NCBI GenBank assembly: GCA_965644295.1
Contig: CBFFRP010000410.1
Span: 1-64,000, forward strand
Source of the DNA: Paraphysomonas bandaiensis
Lineage: Eukaryota; Protista; Chrysophyceae
Direction of reading: 5' to 3'
DNA: 64,000 nucleotides
Of the stretch, positions 40,101-52,475 are shown piece after piece. Below the pieces are notes generated by a model. It made no database searches and was not told the DNA's origin. It saw nothing but the letters and a program-made list of their open reading frames with translations. Positions within the stretch are counted from its first letter, which is position 1, and every line of letters begins with the position of its first letter. The position numbers and the translations under genes were made by a program.

Positions 40101-43100
40101 GGGGTAAGAAAAAAGATGAAACGGGCGGATCGAAAAAAGTTTTCACATATGTGGTCTCGCTCTGTTGTTTTGGACGATATGTTTAAACCAGGCGTACGCA
40201 ACATGACTGAGGAGGAAATAGAGTTGCCGTGCTGGTTCACTTCATCCAGTTCTTGTGTCGTTAGACTCAGAAAAATCCGCGATCCGAGTAAAGAAAATCT
40301 CAGCAGCTCGAAATATGCTTCCACACCTATCATTGAGGTGTACACAGACTTATGGATTCAGAACAATTCAGGTACCAATAAGTGCATTTCAATTTCGTGG
40401 TATGATTCGCACCTACTATAGGAATCCCTATGTGTTACAAAATGAAATCGAACACTGGTCAAATCAAGGTCGTGAGTGATGCGGAGTGTGGACCAAATGA
40501 TTTTGCTGCAAGAACGCGCTCCCAAACTAACCATATATATGAAAACACTGTCCAAGGAAAGCAGGTCAATGACTGTGATTAAATTTTAATTTGGTCTAAT
40601 ATGGAATAGATATGTGCAGAGCAGGGTCCAGTTTTGGGACTGCTTGATGTGAAGCACATCCAAATGCAGCGTGATCATCAACAACAAGCTATTCAAAATG
40701 TTGTATCATTACAAGATTTCGGTAAAGTTTTGACGCAGCTTCCCATTGCAAGCATCGCTGGTGGTCAGTGGAGCTCGAAGGTACAAATAACTTCCACGTT
40801 CTTTAACGGCGAGCTAGTGTGTGGCAATGCATGGCTTGGAGTTTCGCTGCAGTCAGCCCACGGAACTTTTTCGAAAACTAAAATTTTAGTTTTGACTCCG
40901 CGCTATGTAATTCAGAATATGACCTCTCTTGCAATAAACATATTTCCTGTTTTGATGTGGAAGCGCATTCGGTGGTCATCAACCGAAATTGAAACACAAG
41001 GTGCGTGTTTTCACAAGGCATCAGTTGATTATGATACGCGTTCCACTATCGGAAGTTAGAATGATATCTATGATCTAACTTTATTTCTCAGCCGTTCGAG
41101 AAGCTGCTAATGAACGATACTCCGCTGAGGCTCATGCATATAGGAGAAGTGAAAATACCCTACCTTCTTCTAACGGTCATGATAATATGGATGATATGGG
41201 CCCTAGAAATCCACCCCCAGTGAAAAGCACAGGTCGATGATTACTCTTTTATCGTAGTAAAACTGACTATTTTGACACTGAAGGCGAAAAATTCCAGCCG
41301 AACCGTTGGTCGTCGTACGATTCTCAAAACAAAGCTGCTACCGATGATGATGCGGAAGATCTCATCGTATTAAATAATGACAATGTTGATTTGAATGACG
41401 ATCAGGAATGTGATGAGGATTCACCAAGCAGTAAGTTGTCACATGTGTGAAATGTCAAGGGTAACTGTTTGTAAGTTATTCAAGGCGCTGCCACATATGA
41501 CGACTCAACATCTGTATCCCCTACCGAGATACTGGCTCAGCTTCCGACTGATATTCAGGACAACAGAGTATTTTCAATTCCTCCGCATACTTCGTTGTCA
41601 TTTTTTTCGTTCAGTCAGAGCTCGAAGAAATTTAAAACTGTTGTTCACTCTCAGTACTCTGCAATGTCTGTCGCTGTGGTCAGCAATCGAACCCACGCTG
41701 ATGTTCAACGCATCAAAAATGTATTGGTGTTGACAGTGGTATCAGCGTCGGGACTAGCTAAGGCAGATCTTGTTGGGCTAAGTGACCCGATGTGTGAAAT
41801 TGTATGGCAAGGTGAGCGTATTCATCATACGCGATGTGTGCGCAACACACTAAATCCAACATGGAACGAGGAATTCTTGATACCTATTTCGCTGGAAAAC
41901 GTCTTGATGTCTGAGTTACGGATGGAAATATACGATGTTGATGTTGCCACGAGATCGGATTTTTTGGGGCAAGTCGTGCTATCGAGTGATGATATATTAG
42001 AATGTGCTGGCGGAGAGGTTTGTATTTTCATTTTTATTGCCTTTTGCAGCTGATGCGTTATCGATAGAACGTAGAAAAGGATTTGCAACAACAGCAGCAA
42101 GACAAGCAATCTAAATACGTGAAAGGCAAACTCGTATTTCGCATTAGACTTGAACACAGAGAGCTAAACAAGTGGAGTGCCCCCTTGCCTATTAATAATC
42201 GAATTGTTGAGTACATAACAGCCCGATGCGATGCGGGGGTTAAACATCTGCTTGAGGTCAGCGTGAAAGATATCGATTCTTTGATGGTAGTTGTAATAAG
42301 AGAACATTCCAGCTCCAACCTACCAGCGTTTCAAATTGTCAACAGAATTCCCGATCTGCACTTGAGGTTACGGCAGCAATACTCAGACCCCCTAATCATT
42401 CCGCGAAGCATCATTCGCCCTGCATCTTATATATACTACGCGTGGGATGATCCTAACCTGCCGAAGGCTGTGGAGATTGTGGCCGTAGATGACAAAGGCA
42501 ACCAATCTCCAGTGGTCACTTACAACTTGTTAACTGTGAATAGCTCACTACCTAGTATCAATGTATCTGGCCTGTCGAACCGGCGTGTGGAATTACAGGC
42601 CCAAGTGGTTGTAAAAGGACACACCAGGGTGCTGATAATATCCAACAAAGAGAATAAGAATGCAGGAAGCAAGCCTTCGTCATCGGACTATATACCATCT
42701 GAGACACTTTGTTCCGTAATTTCATCAACTGAGGTTGATGTAGCGCTCTCTGGAGTTGTGGTCACCCTAATTGATGAGGTTTTGTTCCCTGCACATCGTT
42801 CTGTTATGGTATAATTTTTTAATAGGAACCTCAAGAACTTTTGTCGCTAACGATCGATGATGTAACTCTGTATTCAGCATACAATTCCCGTAGCTGGGTT
42901 CTGTCTATTAACCACATTCAGCTGGATAATATGAACACGGACAGAAAGTTTCCTGTAGTACTATCACCTCCTGACAGTGGCCTCAACAGGTACATTATTA
43001 GCCTGTAAATATGTTTGATTGGTGTGTGACTACTCTTTGATGCAGCCGCCTTCACGAAGACTTTAGTGATGTTGACAAAGTTCCTATTCCTTTCTTCCGC

Positions 43101-45807
43101 ATTGTATTAAACCCTGATTTTGATAACTTTAGTCTCACGAAGGATGCCTTTGTCATTAACCACTTAGAAGTTCATATGCAAGAGTTACTCATACGTATCG
43201 ATTTCAATTTTATAGTTCGAATGGTAACATCAATTGTAACACCAAATGTTTTGCGTGCTTTTGGAATCGGTTATCGCGTATTGTCAGTGATACAGAAGGA
43301 TGCCATCTCGAAAACAGAAGATATTCTAGTTCACAGAATCATCGCTCCTGGTCCGGGATTTTTCCCCACATTTATGATTTTTTTGAAGACATTAAAGTTG
43401 CACTCTGTGCACATCAAAATTCTTCTTTCGATTGCAGTTGAACAAGTAAGCTCCCTTAACATATCAGGATTGTCTTACCTATATATCCGTGAAGGTTGAT
43501 ATTGACCCTCATAGCATTGGCGCGAGGGTGAAGTACTCAACAGTTCAAAATCTGATAAGTTTGTCTCGTGGAATCACCAATATAAATCCATCTTTCAATT
43601 TCAATGGAATGGTGATTCATAACGCATTTGACTCCATTGACAACTTAGCGATGCGAGTCGCAATGGTATATGCGACTCAGGCTGCGATGCAAGCTTTCAA
43701 GGTGATGTGTTAGATTTGGTATTATGTTTATTCATATGCCAACGTGTAGATCCTGGGTTCAGCGGAGATATTAGGAGATCCCGCGGGAGGTATTGCGAAC
43801 TTAGGCACGTCGGTGCGAATGTTTGTAAAGAAAACACGATCGGAAATTGTTGGTCATTCTAGTTCCAAAGGAAGTGGTCTGCGAAATTTGGTACAGGTGT
43901 GGGCGATGCGATACCTGTAAATACGTCTAATGGATAGTATTTTCTGTTCAACAGGGTGTTGCAGGTGTATCTTTTGGAACAGCTGCTAAAATGACGAAAA
44001 GCATTGGCGAACAACTTGCTTCAATATCCGGTTCGGATTTCAAAGCATATATGCAACAAGATATTCCAGAGCATTTAGGAAAAGGAATAATTCAAGGAGG
44101 GTCCGTATTCGTTCATACGGTAGCTAATGGTGTTGTTAACGTTGGAAAGAAACCACTTGAGGGTATTCAGGCAGGAAGTGTCAGTAAAACTGCAGTAGGG
44201 CTGGCGACTGGTATGTCTGGCCTCGCCCTCGCTCCTGTTATAGGGGTTCTCGGAGTTACTGCCAAATTTTCCCAGGGCATGGAGTTGACCACTCATATAT
44301 TCGACGAACAGCCCATTGGTCGGAGACGTCCAGCTAGGGCATTGTTTCATGACCCTAGACTAAAACCGCTTCCTAATTCAGTGGTTTTCACTGAATTTCA
44401 GCTGCGCATTCGTGGTGGTGACTTCTTGTTTCTTGAGTCAATGACAGGGGAATTACATGATCGACATGGAATGCCTCTATATAGAGCTGTCATAGCTGTT
44501 AAATACGGCAAAGATACGAGATACTCACCCCCATTTGAGTTATCTCGATCTTTTCGATGTAGCAAGGATGACGTGAACTGTTGCTTCAAATTTCGCGTTA
44601 ACACAGAAACTGGGAAGTACAAGTATAAAGTATGGGTAGTTTATACTACGTAGTTAATATATATAACTATATGTATTACTAGTTGCTGAAGGTGAAATGC
44701 ATATTGGTGCCGAGCAAGCGCAGTTTCAGATTCAATGCTGGCAGTGGTGGTGAGACAATTTCCAAGTGCTACTTTCATCCACTTGATCTTGTGAATAGTC
44801 GAAGAGAACAAATAGTATGTGTTGCTCACTCACTGTTTGGTAATTTCATTTCGTGTTTGTTCAGACTATGGTGCCGAGTGATGAGAGTCCTACGTCAAGC
44901 ATTGAAGGCTTTAGCATTCTTGCTAACATACGACTTCGGTGAGTGCCGTTTTGTTGCCATAAGATGGTCTGATTTATCGCTGAACTACAGCCGCAAATCC
45001 AGCGCGAAGTCTGGAAGTCTGCTCGACACAAGATCACTTGGTGTTGCTGCACCATCTTGTCAGAGGCGTCTGAGTGTGGAGGACTTATGTCGAAAACACG
45101 TCGAAACTGATGATGAAGGCTCCACTTCCCGATCCGACGTTTCTCTTAGCAGTATTCATTTAGGGTCACCAGACACCAGCGCCCTCAGAAACGAAATTAA
45201 CAATCGTCAGAGGTGTGTACTGTCAGAATTCACATTAAATAGCAGTTTATACGGCGATTGTGTGTTTGTTTGACGGTACATTCTTCAGGAATTTTTCTCC
45301 TGATACATCTCTCGTCTATGCACAGCATAAGCATGCCAGAAAAAAAGGTATGCAAGATATGATTCGAAACTTTCACTCGCCGTCGAATCATATTGTAACC
45401 GGTACCTGGAATCTGACTTATTTGTATACAGATGATGTGCTAGAGTTTTATATGATGCCTGTGCTAACAGAGCCACAAGCGAAGAGCTCCAATCCTGCTG
45501 ATGACGTTTTTTCCGTGGATTTAGTATCTAAAGTTAACCAAAATCGTGACACGAAAACTTTTGAACAGGTTATTGTGAATTATAATAGGTTCATATGCGT
45601 TCATCTTTAATTTCATTTTAGCTATATCGCGAGTCTTCAAGCGTCCAACGGATCCCTCAAGGCGGAGATTCCAATTCTCCGAGCGGCAATTCGACCGATG
45701 AATGGTCGTTTTCATCAACTCCAAGTGGAAGTGTTCTTTGCAAGTTGTACCTTTCTGGTGCGTTCTTAGATGCGACATCGCAATTAGCTAAGCGTGCATC
45801 GGAATGA
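34125..45807 (+). CDS. VPS13-like bridge lipid-transfer protein (many exons; EF-hand and C2 insertions)
   Basis: FFNSRVGSHEPFVEPY, TKILVLTPRYVIQN, YYAWDDP, IQLDN...FPVVL, ILGSAEILGDP and Gly-rich C-terminal GVVNVGKKPLEG...R.RPAR are VPS13 signatures. C2: GLAKADLVGLSDP...TLNPTWNE. EF-hand: DRNFDGRISRAE. That the 5' exons belong to the same gene is inferred. Confidence 0.8.
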
Positions 45808-46047
45808 GTTTGAATTCTCATGCCTTGTACAGGACATGAGAAGTACATATGTATGTAAATATGAAATTAACACTATTAAGACTCAGAATGTTGTATTCTG
45901 CGCTAGCAAAAACACTTTACCTGGTAATCAGGTATTTAATTACGAAGTTACATATCTCGACAAAACCAAGGATATGAAAACAGCTATGCACACATCTATA
46001 ATGTAAACTACAGGCAACAAATTTTTAGTGCTATCTACATAATATTA

Positions 46048-47538
46048 CTAACAAGCAGTCATACTACAAAAGTCTGAAACTCGAGTTTTAAATAACAGCC
46101 CAGCGTCATCGCATAACGAATTCAAGAAACGGGAAAGAGGTGAATTCTCATCTGATAGAGACCTTCTAAAATACGCACCTAGTATCCGACCCAAATGTTG
46201 ACCACTCTGTTTAGATTTTGTGGTAAGAAGGCACACAACCGCCTCGAAATATGATTGGTCTTCACAAAGCTTCTCTAATTCATTCAAGATAAAAGCAAGA
46301 GTAACTACTTTGTCACAAGACCCACAACTATTACACAATTGAAAGGATACGAATTCGTCCCACATAAGGTTCAGGAGATAAGGGTACTGGGAACTGTCAG
46401 TTGCATTCGTGTCACACCCTGCAGAAATTAACAATTCTGCGATGGAGCAACCAATCATTAATCGAACAGCAAGAGGAAACAGAGTAATACAGCTGGATTG
46501 CTGTTCACTCTTATAGCGCGATGTCGCGGGAGATAATGCAATATATAAATCACGAAAGTAGGCGCTATTCTCAGATACAGTCCCATACTTGCTCTTTCCC
46601 CCCACAACACCGAGCACATGTTCCACGTACGTTGTAATCTCCCCATTATGTTTATCACACTGGTCGGTGGACCTCAATAGGAGTTGGAGCAGAGGCATAA
46701 AGTCCATAGTGCGGAGGGATAACAGCGCGTAAACAGCATACCATGTCCACCCGCATACCATCACTGCTTCCTTTACACCTCTCCCTTCAGAAGCAATCAC
46801 AGCAGTCGCCACTGCAGCCAAGTTCTCAGCAGATGCATCACAACAGAGTAACTGCATTGGGATGAACCCACACATCGAAGCGCAAACCGAAGAGCCAAGG
46901 AGGTCTCGCAAGAGAGGGACAGCCGTGACAGCCCTGGAGAACGGTGAGCATACAGATAGAGCAACTTGCCAAACGCAGGAAGACCACATCACATCCTGGA
47001 CAACATCTGGACCAAACCAAATCGACAGCTCACCAGTGGTACTTGTGTCCAAAAGGACTTCGGATTCCAGATACTCCACTCGACGTCCTCTAACGCGGCG
47101 AAGAGGATTCAATACTTGGAGTGTAAAAACAAATCGCAGCATCCCACTCCACTTCTCCATTGGAATCAAATGTCTCTCATGAGAAGGCAGAGTTGACCGT
47201 ATCATTTGAGTCCCTCCTGTCCACAACTGGTTAAAAAACACTTCCCGTTCCAATAATTCATGTGTTCTATCCATAACATACTGAGGACACACTTCAAATT
47301 TATTTTCTAGTAGCATTAAAATATTTCGTAGTGTATAATCGATACGTTCAGTGAGTGTGAAGACTGCATGTTGCCCTATACGCTGATTGTGTTCATCACT
47401 ACAGTCACATGCAGCACTACATATCGCTGTAATACACTCTTTAGCGGATGTTAAATCAATTGGAGAGGCTCTTAATATCCTCTCGAGCTCATGAAGTCTC
47501 TGTAGGGTTGATTTGGTGGGAGCTTCACTCATAGTCAT
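46048..47538 (-). CDS. Hypothetical protein, 496 aa, intronless, probably alpha-helical
   Basis: Long ATG-started Leu-rich ORF, convergent with the VPS13-like gene; no motif recognised. Confidence 0.7.
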   Translation of the reverse strand: MTMSEAPTKSTLQRLHELERILRASPIDLTSAKECITAICSAACDCSDEHNQRIGQHAVFTLTERIDYTLRNILMLLENKFEVCPQYVMDRTHELLEREVFFNQLWTGGTQMIRSTLPSHERHLIPMEKWSGMLRFVFTLQVLNPLRRVRGRRVEYLESEVLLDTSTTGELSIWFGPDVVQDVMWSSCVWQVALSVCSPFSRAVTAVPLLRDLLGSSVCASMCGFIPMQLLCCDASAENLAAVATAVIASEGRGVKEAVMVCGWTWYAVYALLSLRTMDFMPLLQLLLRSTDQCDKHNGEITTYVEHVLGVVGGKSKYGTVSENSAYFRDLYIALSPATSRYKSEQQSSCITLFPLAVRLMIGCSIAELLISAGCDTNATDSSQYPYLLNLMWDEFVSFQLCNSCGSCDKVVTLAFILNELEKLCEDQSYFEAVVCLLTTKSKQSGQHLGRILGAYFRRSLSDENSPLSRFLNSLCDDAGLLFKTRVSDFCSMTAC

Positions 47539-48023
47539 TCATAGTTACTGTATAATGGATATGAGATACAAGGAGTGGTTCAGTTTATTCCCTGTAAGAC
47601 TTGTGATGAGTGAACAGGCCGATTCAGTTCATATCATGTGGGTATGTGGGGTGCATCATGCGATATGGACATTAAACACCACCACAGACCTGATGCCCTA
47701 CATACATACATACAGAGTCTTGCAGAAGTCTTGAGTTTTTAGAAGAAAAAACTTCCTGGTCAATGAAAAGTTGGGGTTTTATCATTTTTAGAGCCATAAA
47801 ATACTGGATTTTATAATATATAGAAACCTACATACGGAAGTAGCTTCAGTGTCCAGTCCATTACAATGCAGACATTAAAGGGGCAGAGGGCATGACATAC
47901 ACGAGCCCTCCACTATCAGATACACACAGGCACACAGATAGACAGATAGGAGGATCACAGAACCCTTGAGTTGTTTAGATACTGTTGTTATGAGAGCTAT
48001 CAGTCACAGTGATGGCTGATGAC

Positions 48024-48320
48024 TGTAGACCCCCCCGTGAAGCCGTTGACCAGAAGGGGGATACAGAAGAGTACTGAGAGAGATAGCGTTACGAGTGTGG
48101 TGGTACATATACGGGAATAGCAGAGCGGCTAACACATACACGTGAAGCATATGGCGGATCAACCTCCTTCCTAGTTACGGATGTGTGTCCGGTCTCTTGT
48201 ATTACTGACTTCTATCGGTGTGTTTGCTGTTGTAGTATTACACGCTTGCAAGCTTAGTTACATGCAATTCCCTCACTGTTATACCTGATTAGGTAGAGAC
48301 GTAATCACTATTCCCCTACA
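48024..48320. mobile_element. Possible LTR fragment
   Basis: Bounded by tgtag...ctaca, but no TSD and no clear PBS. Confidence 0.3.
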
Positions 48321-48667
48321 GCGGGAGTAGAACTCTCAAACAACATTTTTACTGCGATGACGCTCAACTACATAATAATTCTATATGCTTTGAGCTATCC
48401 CACCTCTCCATACATTTAGTGCTTGCGTGTTAACAGCATGAACTCCTGTTTCTCTACCCGCATCCTACTCAGCGTTGAACTCTTCATCGCGCATTGTAGT
48501 CATCCATATGAACTTCTTCTTCGAAGAACTCCGTAGTTCGGGTGACAAGACGGCAAGAAAATGGGTTCCCATTGATTCTCTCCGAAAGAGGTGTTGCTAT
48601 ATAATAGGTTCCATAAAAAATCTATTAAAATATATTCCCACATTGCAGATTTTTAAACCAATATATT

Positions 48668-49059
48668 TCATAAAGCCACTTTTCAGACTATCTAGCACAG
48701 CCTTGTGGTCAAATGCTACGTCGGGGAGACAGCTATAATCTCTCTTGAACTTAGATAAGCCAACAACTCTAAGCCACTTGGTAAGTGTGCTATCTGAAAG
48801 TGGCATGATCATTTCATCGTATCGTGTAGATACGCATGTGGTCCGCAGAATGGCCCCAAAGAAAATATCTCCTGTGTGCATTGTTGTCTTGTACCACCTG
48901 CCGACTGTGTACCAGCAATTTAAGCAACGATCATGCCACTTTCAGATAGCACACCTACCATGTGGTTTAGGGTTTTTGGCTTATCCAAGTTCAAGAAAGA
49001 TTATAGCTGTTTCCCCGACCACAAGGCTGTGCTAGATAGCCTGAAGAGTGGTTTGATGA
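48668..49059. repeat. Diverged inverted repeat (arms about 48668-48813 and 48925-49059)
   Basis: gatcatgccactttcagatagcacac... occurs on both strands, with multiple substitutions and a 12-bp indel. Confidence 0.85.
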
Positions 49060-49749
49060 GAAGGACTTCTTGTGGGATATGACGCAGGGCCCCAATAAGG
49101 ACGAGACTGGAAGTTCAGTTGTCGAAGTAATGTATGATGACTGTAACATCACTCGAAAGCGTAAGGGAGTTTCTCGTGGTAATAGTGTGAAACCTAAAAG
49201 CATGAAGAAGTCTCGACCATCGAAGTCCACTATAATTAGAGATTTGTATATGGCTATTATGCAGGAAGAGATGAATAGAATGAACTCTGCTGTACTACCT
49301 CCACCTGCACTGCCTGCTTCTCTTCCACCAGCTGAAATTCTACAGGAACTTCCAGTCTTTGCTTTATCTACTTTCGTTGCGACGTCGACACCCCAGCAGC
49401 AGGTTCCGTGTGTGGACAGAGACACAATATGTGTCCGATGATGTAGCTGATGCGTACATGCGACAACAAATAGCACAGGATCAAACAGCTATACCGTCAA
49501 ATGATCAAACCCTCAGGCTTCAAATTTACGAGAATCTTCTCATGCGGAGGTGTAGTTGGTAGTTTGTACTGCTATTTTTAACTATTTCTGTAGAAATTTA
49601 ACTTATAGCAATATAAGTTAATAATAATTCCATTGACAACTCAGACCTGTACTTGTTTTAACATAACAATGATACTTTTAGTATATCTACTATATACCAA
49701 CAAAACCTGGTAAAATCACTTTACTAGGTTACATCATGATCACATCGAC
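48925..49749 (+). mobile_element. Right-end remnant of the 28-bp-TIR transposon family, with decayed accessory ORF
   Basis: About 49250-49749 is collinear with about 63245-63775 (MQEE..RM.SA..PPAEIL.ELPV...QTLRLQIYENLLMRR) and ends aaacctggtaaaatcactttactaggtt...tcacatcgac|tt. The left boundary is uncertain. Confidence 0.75.
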
Positions 49750-50682
49750 TTGTTATCAACGCCAAATTATTTGATGGTGACCCGCGGTTATTCCACGAAT
49801 ACGCTCGCCACATAGCCCAGGCTACCCATGCGGCTTTTTACAGGATAACTCTTCTTTTATTCCACCGATGATGAACCACATCAGACCCACGGAAACATCT
49901 TCAGCAACCCCCTCATCTGCCCATTGATGAATCAGAGCGGCCGTTGCCTTCCTTCTTATGCGTGATTGTGGTGTTGGGGAAGTCTTATGCCATATATCCC
50001 CCGCAATTCATTGGGCTTTGAGAACAAGTTGGTCTAGTGATATGTCCTTCTTGAGGTCGAATCCAGGGGGGGGGGTTGTAGGAACATATGATAGTGTCTG
50101 TAGAGAGGAAGAATCAGTGAGGGGGTATGGGCTACCTGCGGGCGCGGGCAAGTTGGCATCCAGCCATTGGTCAGTTGGTGGATTCTCTCAGAATGCACTG
50201 GAGCGCGTTGCAAGACGTCGCCATAGTCGCGCCGCTTTCCTCTGAGCAGATGAGTGTATGGGCAGTCCGTAGGTTGCCGATAGCAGGAATGTCTGCAAAG
50301 GGAATTCAGTTCGCCAATTTGACAAATCTTCCTTCTATATACTATACTACAACCTTTGCTAATTAATTGTTTCGCATCCTGAATACTTGTATTCGCACAG
50401 ACATTTTGCTTACATTTCGACGTACACATGATGCGTGTGTTGTTTTATATTTGTACATTAATTTCTGAATTTCATTAAAATATAACAGCATATGATATAT
50501 TTTGCTTAAATATATACTAAAGCCTTTATGTTATATGAGAGGGTATTTTCTATTACGCTGTGATGACTTTATGGAATTGAGAGTGCCATTCATTCACCTT
50601 CACAATAGCTGTTTCACGACCTGGCTATTTGAGCCTTACAATGTAGCCATCATTTAAATAACATATGAACTTCTTTAAATTA

Positions 50683-51920
50683 CTACTCTGTAACGTTCAA
50701 ATATGCTTCAACTGCTTGTTCTATACTTTTTCTTTGGTTACGGTGATTGATATTGGGCTTTCCTCTTACATACACTAGATCTTGCTTGTATTTCTGGTTG
50801 AAAGCTTTTAACTTATCAGGACTCACTTCTTTCTTGTAGGAGTCACCTACTCTTGCAATGTAACCACCCCTGTGTTGCGTAAGACCAAGATACTCCCGGT
50901 CTGAATCTATACAGAAGTCTGAACTTTCTTTCGTCCGCCAGAACGCTTTAAGCGCATCGACAGGTGTGCCTAATACCGAATCCTCAACGATACAATAAGA
51001 ACCCTTGGTCGCAAGAGGAATACAGAGTTGCATCAGTTCGTCCCACACAGTCTTTGCCTCATGAAAGCTGAGGAAAAAGCACCACGTATTAGAAATATAC
51101 ACAGGTATATACCAAATTTATGACAATACAATACAATATACGAAGGTCGTGTTGCCAGCTCACCTGTCGAGAATAACAAGCACGCGTTCTGCAGAAGCAG
51201 ACATATTACGCGCAATTTGCAGAAATTCCATACTGTCTGAGTGCTTTTGCACAAACGTGACTCTATCTTTCCAGGGCTGTTTGTCGGTAGGTAGTTCTCC
51301 CCCAAAACGTGCTTGCCACTTGTTCAGAGGCTGGGTGTCCACCGTTAATATGCGACAATTAGGGTTGAATGCAGCCATCATAACAGCCATGTATAGAGCG
51401 CTTCCTCCAGCATTCGTTCCAGTTTCAATGATAAGATCCGGCTTAATGTCGTACAGAATCTGCCCACCGAGAGAGTTAGCAAGCAAATAATAGAAGACAT
51501 ATATACCTCTGTAATAGTCTGTAGATCGAAAGGAAATTGTCCCATACGAGTGCCCATGAACCTCTGCTTCCAGTGAAGACGATTTCTACCATCATAAAAC
51601 CGTAAAATATCAGAAAAGAGTTCATCTTTCGACTCCACTCCTGCAATACTTCTATCTACACGATTCTTCAGTTTCTCGGCAGGACATCTGTGTGCTATCA
51701 TATACTCCTCTACAGGTGCAGGTAAGTAATCTTCATATATATCTTTTGATAAGAGTTGTCTAGTGTTTGATTTAATAGGCACATAGCCGTTTATTGGAGT
51801 GTCTCTCTCATTGTTTCCTTTAAAGAGAGATATAGAAGGGAAAGACAGCTCTCCGAGATAGAGTAATAGAGTGTGGTAGAGGAGGATTGATACCACTCCC
51901 GTGATTGTGAGAGTAAGCAT
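50683..51920 (-). CDS. CmcI-family (cephalosporin hydroxylase / rhamnosyl O-methyltransferase-like) protein with N-terminal signal anchor
   Basis: FMGTRMGQFPFDL...ILYDIKPDLIIETGTNAGGSALYMA, VLVILDS.H, GSYCIVED; two short introns. Confidence 0.85.
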
Positions 51921-52475
51921 GTTTCTATGTACAATTAAAGATACAGAGATGAGATGCTCGACACATACACATATACATACATATACACATCTATCTACTT
52001 AAGCTAGTCGACTATGTATGTATGCAGCAAATATATGCTACTGCTGTATTCCATCCTAAAAATTAACTAAATATTTCCCAAAATCCTCATTTTCAGCAAC
52101 AATAACAGAGTTTCCTTAACAATATCGAATATTCTGGCTGTATACTGTCTAAAACTCCTATTTTTTCATGTCCTCTTCCTATATTTCCGAATATTCAGAG
52201 TATTCCATATTTTTTTTAGATATAGTTGTGTTGCTGTGTGTGAATACTAGCAAGTGACCGTTGACTTTTCGGTGTGTTCAACTGTCAATTTTACAGTATG
52301 GAAACACTATCCCAACTGTGCATATATATACACACCCTTGTGCACTGTACTATTAATTGATTGCATTAAATAACACCACAGCTTACTTATTAACTGGTTG
52401 GTAGTTTTATAAAGTGGAATACCCTTTAACCAAGGCTACGAATTATCTGATCCTGGACTGTAACAAAGTATATTA

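Noticed and set aside
3842-45807. Window-wide 'membrane trafficking cluster' (VPS25, BRO1, SEC31, VPS13)
   Set aside because: These genes are interspersed with unrelated ones; only the adjacent VPS25/BRO1 pair is noteworthy.
49755-50430. GC-richer stretch with stop-interrupted minus-strand frames
   Set aside because: No recognisable motif; probably a decayed repeat, but not supportable as a feature.
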